A stretch of DNA of 59,051 nt, the filler included. It is 3 parts of 3 records of this genome, joined end to end, with 100 filler letters (N's around TTAATTAATTAA, not from the genome) between each part and the next. Parts side by side here need not be neighbours in the genome. Positions count along the whole stretch, not along the records: positions 1 to 24,784 come from DRR723986_6734; 2 more parts are not named here. One strand, written 5' to 3'. Position numbers and translations under genes: made by a program. Shown piece by piece: positions 1 to 8,939 of the stretch. The notes beneath the pieces are model-generated. The model saw nothing but the letters and a program-made list of their open reading frames with translations. It had not been told where the DNA came from and made no database searches. Every line of letters begins with the position of its first letter. Positions within the stretch are counted from its first letter, which is position 1.

Positions 1-536
1 GCATCCCCCTAAGATCGGGGGGGATTACCCAAGCTCTTTCGCTTTGACCGATCGCTTACGACAATCGTAGCGCAGGGCAGAAAGGTGAATGATTGAAAGT
101 CTCCGAACCTTTTGGCCAGACCATTTTCGGAATCAAGCCGGCAGCGGAGGATTTTTCTCCGCCCCCTTTAAAGTCATTATTAAGACGACCTGCGCCGCTC
201 GAAAGCTGTCGTTTGCAACCGCAGAGCTCGGGAATACCTCCCCTCCGTATCGGCTGTGCTCGACAGCGGATGCGGTTGTTTGCGATTAGCTCGTGCCGTC
301 AAGGCATTACTTCCACCTCATGCAGAGCCGGGCGACATCTGTCGGACACGCGGCGATCTCCTATTGTGAGCGATTGACCGAGGTTGCTCAGGTATATTTC
401 GTGGACTGAGACAACTACACTCGGCAGGTGTCTTTGCTGCCGAGCGAAGAACCGTTTTGCCTCGGGGCGGTCATTTTTCTTGGCGACCGATGCTGTCACC
501 CATTACACCTTACAACGCATAAGGAAGGATACATTC

Positions 537-974
537 ATGCCGCAGACGCATCCGCTCGAGCCCGGAACCGCAGGTGTTTTGAAGGAACTCAACCTGTCGC
601 TCCCCCTTCGGAAGCTGACGGCCCACATAGATCAACTGGATGCATCGGCCGATTTCAAGGCGCTCCTCAGGGATCTGGCGAAAGTGACATGGACCGTCGG
701 TTCGACGGTCGTCTCCATCGGGCGCAAGATCCTCTCTGTCGCGTTGGACATCGTGACGGCATTCCCCGGCACCCTGTTCGGCGTGATGGTCGCATTCATC
801 GTGTCCATGATTGTCGGGACCATGCCTTTGATCGGACCGCTGCTGGCCGCATTCGTTGGACCGATCATGCTGGGAACGGGTGTGACGATGGGCGCATTGT
901 CGGATTTCAGATCCTCCGCCTGGTCGACGAGGGTCGAGGCGCTTCAGGCGCAACTCGCAGCCGTGAAGGCATAA
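537..974 (+). CDS. Small integral membrane protein with Gly-rich hydrophobic C-terminal half, first gene of the GTPase locus
   Basis: ATG at 537 preceded by AAGGAAGGA; hydrophobic stretches FPGTLFGVMVAFIVSMIVG and PLIGPLLAAFVGPIMLGTG; stop 3 nt before the next gene. Confidence 0.8.
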   Translation: MPQTHPLEPGTAGVLKELNLSLPLRKLTAHIDQLDASADFKALLRDLAKVTWTVGSTVVSIGRKILSVALDIVTAFPGTLFGVMVAFIVSMIVGTMPLIGPLLAAFVGPIMLGTGVTMGALSDFRSSAWSTRVEALQAQLAAVKA

Positions 975-977
975 ATC

Positions 978-2897
978 TTGGCAACCGTCGTTCACGATCA
1001 GGCTACCCGTTTCGAGGGCGTCACGCAGGTGGTCGCCGAACCGCTGAAGTTCAAGGCAAAGCTTGCGATCGGAGAGGATGCCTTTGCGTCCCTACAGGCC
1101 GCGCGCATGGTGGGCAGTCTCTGGCAGGTTGGCACCGCTGCAACGGTCGGAGGCCTTGCGGCGAGCTCGTCCGCCGTGGCGGGAACGTTCTTCGGCGGTG
1201 GCTGGCTCGCCGCTCTTGGCATCGGTGCGGCGGTGACACCCGTCGGCTGGGTGGTCGGGGCCGCCGTTGCAAGCGGTGCCGCGTGCTACGGGGTCCTGAG
1301 CCTGTTCCGCAACTACGAGGGCTCGCGTGTCCAGAAGGTGCCGGCCTTCATCAACACACCCATCGACGTGCTCGGGGCGGCTCTGTTCGACCTCATGGGG
1401 TCGCTGGCCGTTCGTGTGGCGCTGGAGGCAGAAGCCGTCGACGACGCCGAGCGGGCGGCGATCACCGATTACTTCGTCGATGAGTGGGGCCTCGATCCGG
1501 ATTACATCGCCGCGGCTTTGCCCGTCATCGAGCGCAGCGCCGAAGGTCGCAGCGTCGAAGAGATTGCCCAGGCGTTGGCTGCCTACAACCGAGACAACCC
1601 GGACTGCAACCTCGAAGCGCTCAAGGCTGAACTACTCGCCTTTCTGACCGAGATCGCCTCGGCAGATGGCGTCCTTCATGATGCCGAACTTGCTGCCATC
1701 GCGCGGACGGAACAGATTTTCCAAAGCGCTGCGGGCGGTTGGTCTGAAACCGCCCGCACGGCGCTGGGCAGTGTCACCGCAGCGCCTTCCTACCTGTGGT
1801 CCACCGTGACCGGGGGAGTGTCCTCGCTGATGGGACCCGCAAAGGGAGCACCACCCAGCCCCTCCGCACTCGACCACTCGATCCCGGTTCTGTGGCTGCT
1901 GGGAAAGACGGGGGCCGGGAAGTCCTCCCTCGTGCAGGCAATGACCGGCAAAAGCGCGGCCGAGATCGGAAACGGCTTCGTGTCCTGCACCCGGACGGCG
2001 GACACTTACGACTTTCCGGAGAAGGATCCCGTCCTGCGCTTCCTCGATACGCGTGGGCTAGGCGAGGCCGGCTATCGCCCGGATCAGGACCTTGCCGCGA
2101 ACGGGGACGCATCGCAGATGATACTCGTGCTGTCGCGCCTTGACGACCCGGTGCAAGGCACTGTCGCCGACGCGCTTGCCAAAGTGGCGCGGAAGAGGCC
2201 CGACCTGAATGTCGTCATCCTGCATACGGCGGCAGACAGGGTTGCCGAGCCGGTCGAACGCAGAAGGATCAGGACGGCAAACCAATCGCTCTTCGAGAAG
2301 TCGGCGAAGCGGGAGCTGCCGTGGCTCGAACTGGATCTCTCGATACCCTCCAAAGCCGATCTGGAGGGGCTGAAGGACGCTCTGGCCACGAGCTTGCCTT
2401 CCGTCGCCATGCTGATGGACCGCAGAAAGGCGAGCGACGCGGAGGAGGCCGCTTTTCTGGCACGTCGTGGCATCATTCTGCGCTATGCGGGAATGGCGAC
2501 CGCCTCGGGGGCAGTTCCCATCGTAGGCGCCGCGACGGCCCCTGCCTTGCAACTCGCCTTGGTCACCGCGTTGGCGAACGCTTACGGTCTGCCGTGGGAT
2601 CGCGACCGGTTGGTTGCCTTCGTCTCGGCGCTCGGCACGGGTGTCGTCGGCGGCGCACTGGTCGGCATTCTGGGGCGTAGCCTCGCCGGTTCGATTCCGG
2701 TGTTGGGCCAGACGGCCGTTCCGGTGCTGACGGCCGGTTACGGCTTTGCCTCGACCTATGCCGTGGGGCGCGCGGCGGCCTACTGGATGTATCACACCAA
2801 AGATGGTCGCAAGGTGGATGGGCAAGCGCTCAGGGAGCGCTACCGTGCCGCCTTCGCGCAAGCCGAGGTGAAGGATGACGACCATGCCAAAGGCTAG
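978..2897 (+). CDS. Fusion of Gly-zipper membrane segment + TerB-like domain + TRAFAC GTPase + DUF697/YcjF-like membrane C-terminus
   Basis: TerB-like motifs (DDAERAAI; IASADGVLHDAELAAI); G1 GKTGAGKSS, G3 DTRG, G4-like HTAAD; C-terminal AVPIVG...LQLALVTALANAYG. Confidence 0.75.
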   Translation: MATVVHDQATRFEGVTQVVAEPLKFKAKLAIGEDAFASLQAARMVGSLWQVGTAATVGGLAASSSAVAGTFFGGGWLAALGIGAAVTPVGWVVGAAVASGAACYGVLSLFRNYEGSRVQKVPAFINTPIDVLGAALFDLMGSLAVRVALEAEAVDDAERAAITDYFVDEWGLDPDYIAAALPVIERSAEGRSVEEIAQALAAYNRDNPDCNLEALKAELLAFLTEIASADGVLHDAELAAIARTEQIFQSAAGGWSETARTALGSVTAAPSYLWSTVTGGVSSLMGPAKGAPPSPSALDHSIPVLWLLGKTGAGKSSLVQAMTGKSAAEIGNGFVSCTRTADTYDFPEKDPVLRFLDTRGLGEAGYRPDQDLAANGDASQMILVLSRLDDPVQGTVADALAKVARKRPDLNVVILHTAADRVAEPVERRRIRTANQSLFEKSAKRELPWLELDLSIPSKADLEGLKDALATSLPSVAMLMDRRKASDAEEAAFLARRGIILRYAGMATASGAVPIVGAATAPALQLALVTALANAYGLPWDRDRLVAFVSALGTGVVGGALVGILGRSLAGSIPVLGQTAVPVLTAGYGFASTYAVGRAAAYWMYHTKDGRKVDGQALRERYRAAFAQAEVKDDDHAKG

Positions 2898-4419
2898 TGT
2901 CGTCCTGAAACGCATCGCGCGCAGCCCTGCCATGCTTACGGCTGTGATCTACGCCCTGCCTTGGCTGGCGCTGATCGTACTGGGTGTGCTCTGGCTGGCA
3001 GAGCATGACTGGCTTTTGCCCTTCGTCGGGATCACGCTTGGCCTGACCCTTCTGCTGAGGCTGGCGCTCATGCTGCTCCGTCGGTTGTGGAGACGGTGGA
3101 GTGCTGCGCCCGTCGATACCAACCACCAGCCCATCGTTGCACCGAACCCGGAATGGACCGAGCGGGAACTGGCGGTCTTCAAGAGCCTTTGCGCAGGCAT
3201 TTCCCGGGAGCCGCTTCCATGGTCCAACTTGCGCCAGGCCGGTATCGATCTGGTCGAGGAGGCCGCGAAGCGTCTGACGGATGGCGAAAAGGGCGCCTTG
3301 GACTTCTCGATCCCCGAAGCGTTGCTGCTGGCGGATCGCGTGATGATCCGGATGCGGCGAAACCTGCACGACATGGTGCCGTTTTCCGACCGCATCAGCC
3401 TCAAGACTCTCTTCTGGATGTGGCAGAACAAGGCGTGGGTGCAACGCGGGGCCACTGCAGCCGGATGGGCTTGGCGGGCGAAGCGCCTGGTCACCAACCC
3501 GTCCGCCGCCATCATGCAGGAGATCCAGGCGGTCGTGACAAGCGGGGCCGATGGCGGCGAGATGAAGAACTTCAGCGTGGCTATCGTTCAGCAGATCATA
3601 CTGGAAGAGGTGGCCCGCGCTGCGGTGGACCTGCACTCTGGCCATATGCGTTTCACGGACGAGGAGTTGCTGAAGATCGAGCTCGGCTCCGCCACCCTCG
3701 ACAAACACATCCTCGCCCAACCGGACGAGCCGATCCGACTGCTCGTCATCGGGCAGGTGTCGGCTGGAAAATCCACGGTGATCAACCAGCTTGCGAAAAG
3801 CACGATCGCAGAGACCGACATGGCCCCCACGACGCCGGGGCTGACCCGGCACGCGCTCGACCTCGACGGGATGGCTTATTCGGTGATCGACAGCCAAGGG
3901 ATTGACGGCAGTGACGCCGCCGCCCAGGCGCTGCTCGCGCAGGTACTGGAATGCGATCACCTCCTCTGGGTCGTCCGCGCCGACCGCCCCGCGCGCGCAC
4001 CCGATGTCGAGTTGCTCCGGTTGATCGAGGCTGCCTTCGCCGCCCGACCGCTGCGTCGAGTGCCGCCCATGACCTTTGCCGCCAATGCGGTGGACCATCT
4101 CTTGCCGGAATGGCCTTACCCCGAGCATCATCTGCCGAGCGAGGCGCAGATGACCGTCGCAGCAGCGACGAGTGCCATCTGCACGGATCTCTCCTGTCGC
4201 GAGGCGATCCCTCTGGTCTCCGAGGGATACGTCTGGAATCAGGACCAACTGGCCGCCGCGATCATGAACGGGGCGTCGGACGCCATGGCCACGCAGCGCA
4301 ACCGCCGCCGCATGACGGGGGCCGAAGCGGGCAGTTCCGTATCGCAGGAACTGTCGCGTGGCGCATCGGGGATCTGGCATGCAGGGCGGCTTGCGAGCGG
4401 AAAACTTTTTAGCCGCTAA
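2875..4419 (+). CDS. Membrane-anchored GTPase (two N-terminal TM helices, C-terminal G domain)
   Basis: G1 GQVSAGKST, G2 PTT, G3 DSQG, G4-like NAVD; overlaps the upstream gene. Confidence 0.8.
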   Translation: MTTMPKASVVLKRIARSPAMLTAVIYALPWLALIVLGVLWLAEHDWLLPFVGITLGLTLLLRLALMLLRRLWRRWSAAPVDTNHQPIVAPNPEWTERELAVFKSLCAGISREPLPWSNLRQAGIDLVEEAAKRLTDGEKGALDFSIPEALLLADRVMIRMRRNLHDMVPFSDRISLKTLFWMWQNKAWVQRGATAAGWAWRAKRLVTNPSAAIMQEIQAVVTSGADGGEMKNFSVAIVQQIILEEVARAAVDLHSGHMRFTDEELLKIELGSATLDKHILAQPDEPIRLLVIGQVSAGKSTVINQLAKSTIAETDMAPTTPGLTRHALDLDGMAYSVIDSQGIDGSDAAAQALLAQVLECDHLLWVVRADRPARAPDVELLRLIEAAFAARPLRRVPPMTFAANAVDHLLPEWPYPEHHLPSEAQMTVAAATSAICTDLSCREAIPLVSEGYVWNQDQLAAAIMNGASDAMATQRNRRRMTGAEAGSSVSQELSRGASGIWHAGRLASGKLFSR

Positions 4420-4707
4420 GCTGCTTTCGGACAGCGAGGCAAATCGGACGGCGACCGGGAGGTGTACACGCCTTCGGACTTCAAGCATCTCCGCGTTCTG
4501 AACAGCTCGCATGCTACGCTGTGCTTCGCCAGCCATTCACTCGCTGTGGCTCCGTCCGGCCAACAGTCGTGACCTGCTCCCCTTCGAGTCCGCGTTCTTT
4601 AGTTCGCTCTGTTCGGGGTTTGGTTTTTTACTGACCGTTGGTGATAATCCCACGAGGTGAGCCCGTCGAGGTTCGTGTGTCCAGGCGGCGCCGCCGCGTC
4701 GGGCGTG

Positions 4708-6384
4708 TCAGGTCGCGCTGTGCGGGCGGGGGCTGCGGGACAGGAGCAGTGCCAGAAGGGCGAGGCTCGCCACCAGCATCATGAACAGCGTGCTCAGGGT
4801 CCGTGGCAGCATCGGGATGGCGTCCGTGTCGGGCTGCACCACCACCTGGAAGATGCTGCGGTTCAGGGCTGCCTCGCGGTTGGCGGCGATCTCTGCCTCG
4901 ATGGCCTCGCGCACGGCCTCGCGGGCCAGTTCCAGTTCCAGCGTGGCGTCGTCGTATTCCGCGAGCATGGTGTTGAGCGGCGTGGCCGTGGAGCCTTCGG
5001 GCGCCACGAGCTGCTCGCGTTCGGTGCGGATGCGGGCGTCGAGCTGAAGCGCCAGCGCCTCGAGGTTTGCGGTCTGGCGGTTCTCGCCGACACCGGCGAT
5101 CTGCGCCTTCTGGATCTCGGCGCGGGTGCGGTCGGCCTCTTCTTCGAGGCCCCGGATGCGGGCGTAGATATTGGCGACCCTCTGGCGCGGATCGACGTCC
5201 TGATACTGCATCTGCAGGCCGAGGATGCGGGCGCGGGCCTCGCGGGCCTGTGCCTCGGCGTCCTCCCGCATCCGCGCGGCATCCGCCCTGCGCTGATCGA
5301 ACAGCGCCTGTCCCAACCGCGCCACCTGCGCCTCGGCGCTGGCCAGCACGGCCTGCGAGACCGCGACGGCGCGCTCTGGCTCGGGCGCGCGGACGTAGAG
5401 CGTCAGCAGCCCGCTCTGGATGTCGACGGAGGTCTCGACGAAGCGGTCGAAGCCGCCATGGCGCGTGATCGACAGCGCCGGCAGGTCGCGCAGGCGGCGC
5501 AGGGGGTCGAGGGCCGCGCTGCCCAGTTCGGTGACGAAGCCGGTTTCGGCCTCGAGCTCGTCCATCAGGGCGCGGCTCTTGATATAGGTCGCGGCGCGGA
5601 AGACGTCCTGCAGGTTGACCGGCTTCTCGCCGCCCAGAAGGCCGGCCTGAACGCTGTTGCCCGCGTCTCCGGGGCGGGTGATGGCGATGACCGAGCGCGC
5701 CTCGTAGAGCGGCGTCGCCACGAGGCCGAGATAGAGCGCGGTGAGCAGAAGGGGCAGGAAGGCGAGCGCGCCCGCGAGCAGGGGGCGCCGTCTTTGCGCA
5801 AGGGGCGGGGGCGGGGCTTCGGCGCGCGCCGCGTCGAGGAAGGCTTGCGCGGGGGAGGGCGGCGCCGCGGCCTCTGGCGGGTGGGCCGTGGCGCTGGGGG
5901 GCGCCTTGGCGGCTGCGGGTGTCGCGGACGGGGCGCCGGGTCTGGCCGTTGCGGCGGGCGTCGCGCTTTGGTCCTGCTGCACTGCGGGCGCGCTTTGGCT
6001 TTGCGGCGCTGCGGGTGCGCTTTGGTCTTGCGGCGTGGCGCCTGCGCTTTGGTCTTGCGGCGCTGCCGTCGCCCCTTGGTCCTTCGGCGCTGCGCCTGCG
6101 CCTTTGTCCTTCGGCGCTGCGGCCGTGCCATGATCCTGCGGCGTCGCCGTCGCACTCTGGTCCTGCGACGCTGCCGCGGCGGGCGGCCCGCTCTGGTCCT
6201 GGGGGCTTGTGGCGGGCAGCGGTGTGGCCGTGGCCTCTGCGGGGGCCGCAGGGGCGGGTGCACTTTCGGGGGCGGGCACAGCCGTCTGCCCGCGTCGGGC
6301 CGCGGCATCGGCGGCGGCGATGGCGGCGCGTTGCTCGCGCCAGGCGGCGATGCGGTCTTCGTCTGTCTTCGCGGGTTGCGTCAT
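4708..6384 (-). CDS. vexD: Capsule export polysaccharide co-polymerase (VexD/KpsE-like) with long Pro/Ala-rich N-terminal extension
   Basis: TM helix followed by YLGLVATPLYEARS, YIKSRALMDELE, coiled-coil region and C-terminal TM; last gene of the ABC capsule export operon. Confidence 0.8.
   Translation of the reverse strand: MTQPAKTDEDRIAAWREQRAAIAAADAAARRGQTAVPAPESAPAPAAPAEATATPLPATSPQDQSGPPAAAASQDQSATATPQDHGTAAAPKDKGAGAAPKDQGATAAPQDQSAGATPQDQSAPAAPQSQSAPAVQQDQSATPAATARPGAPSATPAAAKAPPSATAHPPEAAAPPSPAQAFLDAARAEAPPPPLAQRRRPLLAGALAFLPLLLTALYLGLVATPLYEARSVIAITRPGDAGNSVQAGLLGGEKPVNLQDVFRAATYIKSRALMDELEAETGFVTELGSAALDPLRRLRDLPALSITRHGGFDRFVETSVDIQSGLLTLYVRAPEPERAVAVSQAVLASAEAQVARLGQALFDQRRADAARMREDAEAQAREARARILGLQMQYQDVDPRQRVANIYARIRGLEEEADRTRAEIQKAQIAGVGENRQTANLEALALQLDARIRTEREQLVAPEGSTATPLNTMLAEYDDATLELELAREAVREAIEAEIAANREAALNRSIFQVVVQPDTDAIPMLPRTLSTLFMMLVASLALLALLLSRSPRPHSAT
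5953..6203 (-). repeat. Imperfect 27-nt (9-aa) tandem repeat, about 8-9 copies of PQDQSAxAA, inside the vexD-like gene
   Basis: SQDQSATAT/PQDHGTAAA/PKDKGAGAA/PKDQGATAA/PQDQSAGAT/PQDQSAPAA/PQSQSAPAV/QQDQSATPA; boundaries approximate. Confidence 0.85.
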
Positions 6385-7067
6385 GCCGCACCTCGTCCTT
6401 CTGCCAGTCGGCTTGCCGCTTCGAGTTCCAGCGCCTCTTGCGCCATGTCGAGATCGTCACAGGACATCAGCCGTCCCGCGATCAGGACGAGGAAGCGCTC
6501 GCACCACAGCCGCAACTGCCGCGCGTTGCGCGACAGGAACACGAGAGAGCCGTCCTGCAAGCGCTCTGTCAGGATGCGGTCGCACAGCCTGCGGTGGTGG
6601 GGTTCTCCGACCGAGATGACCTCGTCCGCGATCCATGTCGCCGGGCCGGGCACGCTCAGCGCAGCGGCATAGGCCAGCGTGGCGCGTTGCGTCGGCGTCA
6701 GGGTGGCCATGCGCAGCCTGGCAAGGCCCGGGATGCCGGTGAAGTCTTCGCAAAAGCCGGTGACGGCGCTGGCGGGCAGCCCGGTCAGGCGGGCCAGCGT
6801 CGCCAGATTGTCGCGGACCGTCAGTTCCGGGTGCAGGAAACCAGCGGCGCCGATCGGCCAGCTGACCCGTCCCCGGCGCAGGATCCTGCCACGGTCCGGC
6901 CGGTCGATGCCCGAGAGGACCCGCGCCAGCGTGCTCTTGCCGCTGCCCGGCGCGGCGAGGATGCCCAGACGGTCGCCGGGGTTCACCCGGAAGGACGCAT
7001 CGGACAGGATCGCCCGGCGCCGCGTCAGGCCCGGGGTCAGCAGGGTGATGCGCTCGACCGCGATCAT
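6381..7067 (-). CDS. vexC: Capsule ABC exporter ATP-binding protein (VexC/KpsT-like)
   Basis: Start MIAVERITLL overlaps the upstream stop (ATGA); Walker A GILAAPGSGKST resembles VexC as recalled; degenerate ABC signature; Walker B WIADE. Confidence 0.85.
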   Translation of the reverse strand: MIAVERITLLTPGLTRRRAILSDASFRVNPGDRLGILAAPGSGKSTLARVLSGIDRPDRGRILRRGRVSWPIGAAGFLHPELTVRDNLATLARLTGLPASAVTGFCEDFTGIPGLARLRMATLTPTQRATLAYAAALSVPGPATWIADEVISVGEPHHRRLCDRILTERLQDGSLVFLSRNARQLRLWCERFLVLIAGRLMSCDDLDMAQEALELEAASRLAEGRGAA

Positions 7068-7858
7068 GGCAGGGCCCTCAGCAGGCGGCGGTTGGTGGCG
7101 AAACGCTCCAGCGGCAGCGAGGCGAGATAGAACAGGACCCCCACCGCAAGCGGATAGCGGGCATCCGCGAAGGGGCTGTCGAAGCCGAGGAAATAGCCTT
7201 CGCGCAGCAGTTCGGTGACGTGCAGGAAGGGGCTGTACCACATCAGGTCGCGCACCCCCGCCGGCAGTTCGGCGGCGACGTAGAAGACGCCCGAGAGCCA
7301 GAAGAACGGCCGCAGCGTCAGCGGCACCAGCCGGGCGAAGGTCAGCGACATCTGCCCGGCGATGGCGGCGAACCGCCCGACGCCCGCGCCCAGCACCCAT
7401 GCCACCGCGAAGGCCCAGACCACCGCGGGCAGAGAGGCGGGCAGGGCGGCCCCGAACAGCAGCGTGATGCCGCCGAAGATGATGAGCGCCGAGACCACGA
7501 GGTTCACCGCCTCGAGCAGCATCCCCGCCCAGAGGATCGTGTCCGTGTCGACGCCCGGCAGAAGCCGCATGTGGCGATGCGCGGGCAGCACCCGCGACAG
7601 CGCGGTCACGGTCTGACGGAAGGCGACGTAGGGCAGGATGCCGGTGGCCACGAAGATCTCCAGCCCAGCGTCGATGGGCGGGCGGCGGTCGAGGTGGATG
7701 AACAGCCCGACGATCAGCACGATCCACACCACCGGGTTGATATAGGCCCAGAGATAGCCCAGAGCGCCGCCGGCAAAGCGGGTGCGCCGCTCTCGGTCGA
7801 GCAGCGCAAGGACCCGTCCCGGCCCGCCCGGAGGCGCGATATGGAAGGCCTCCGCCAC
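7064..7858 (-). CDS. vexB: Capsule ABC exporter permease (VexB/KpsM-like)
   Basis: RERRTRF..GALGYLWAYINP, FWLSGVFY, SPFLHVTELLREGYF: ABC-2 membrane motifs. Confidence 0.88.
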   Translation of the reverse strand: MAEAFHIAPPGGPGRVLALLDRERRTRFAGGALGYLWAYINPVVWIVLIVGLFIHLDRRPPIDAGLEIFVATGILPYVAFRQTVTALSRVLPAHRHMRLLPGVDTDTILWAGMLLEAVNLVVSALIIFGGITLLFGAALPASLPAVVWAFAVAWVLGAGVGRFAAIAGQMSLTFARLVPLTLRPFFWLSGVFYVAAELPAGVRDLMWYSPFLHVTELLREGYFLGFDSPFADARYPLAVGVLFYLASLPLERFATNRRLLRALP

Positions 7859-7862
7859 CCGG

Positions 7863-8876
7863 TCAGGCCCCGTAGTATTCGCGATACCACGCGACGAAGC
7901 GCGCGATGCCCTCGGAGACCGGGGTGTTCGGGCGGTAGCCGGTCAGCGCCTCCAGCAGGTCGGTGTCGGCCCATGTGGCGGGCACGTCGCCCTTCTGCAT
8001 TTCCATCATGTTCTTGTCGATGGTCAGACCCAGCGCCTTTTCCGTCTCGGTGATGAAATCCATCAGCGCGACGGAGGCGCCATTGCCGATGTTCACCGTC
8101 CGGAAGGGCGCCACGGGCGAGAGGCTGTCCTTGGGGATCGCCGCGCCGCGCCCTTCGACCAGCGGCGGCGGGGTGTCGACCAGCAGCCGGATGGCGTGGA
8201 CGAGGTCGCCGACATAGGTGAAGTCGCGGAACATCTGCCCGTGGTTGTAGACGTCGATGGTCTCACCCGCCAGCGCGGCGCGCACGAACTTGAACAGCGC
8301 CAGATCGGGCCGCCCGTAGGTGCCGTAGACCGTGAAGAAGCGGAACATGGTCGTCGGCAGTTTCCACAGGTGGGCATAGCTGTGGGCCATGCTCTCGTTG
8401 GCCTTCTTGGTGGCGGCATACAGCGTCAGCGGCAGGTCGGTCTTCTGCGTCTCGTCGAAGGGCATCTGCGTGTTGCCGCCATAGACCGAAGAGGTGGAGG
8501 CCATCAGCAGGTGGTCCACCGCCCGCTCGCGCGCGCATTCCATCAGGTTGAAGGTGCCCACGAGATTGCTGTCGATATAGGCGCGCGGGTTCTCGAGGCT
8601 GTAGCGCACGCCCGCCTGCGCGGCGAGGTGGACGATTACCTGCGGGTCGGCCTCGGTGACGGCCTTCGACAGCGCCTCCATATCCTCGAGCTTGCCGATC
8701 ACGCAGCGAAAGCGCGGGTTCTCGGAGAGGATGCGGTGGCGTTCCTCCTTCAGCGAGACGTCATAGTAGTCGGTCAGACCGTCATAGCCCACCACGTCGA
8801 AACCCTCGTCCAGCAGGTGCCGGGCGAGGTGAAAGCCGATGAACCCGGCGGTGCCGGTCACGAAAACGGTCGTCAT
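7863..8876 (-). CDS. NAD-dependent UDP-uronate 4-epimerase (Uge/WcaG/LpsL-like)
   Basis: GTAGFIG, HLAAQAGVRYS, YAATKK, RFFTVYG..GRPD. Confidence 0.92.
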   Translation of the reverse strand: MTTVFVTGTAGFIGFHLARHLLDEGFDVVGYDGLTDYYDVSLKEERHRILSENPRFRCVIGKLEDMEALSKAVTEADPQVIVHLAAQAGVRYSLENPRAYIDSNLVGTFNLMECARERAVDHLLMASTSSVYGGNTQMPFDETQKTDLPLTLYAATKKANESMAHSYAHLWKLPTTMFRFFTVYGTYGRPDLALFKFVRAALAGETIDVYNHGQMFRDFTYVGDLVHAIRLLVDTPPPLVEGRGAAIPKDSLSPVAPFRTVNIGNGASVALMDFITETEKALGLTIDKNMMEMQKGDVPATWADTDLLEALTGYRPNTPVSEGIARFVAWYREYYGA

Positions 8877-8939
8877 GTGTGTTGCCTGCTCGTTTCTTGT
8901 TCCGGCTTTCTGCCGGTTGGACCGGGCTTTGTGCCCGTG

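Noticed and set aside
5953-6203. Regularly spaced repeats resembling a CRISPR array
   Set aside because: Contiguous in-frame 27-nt coding repeats with no unique spacers and no cas genes
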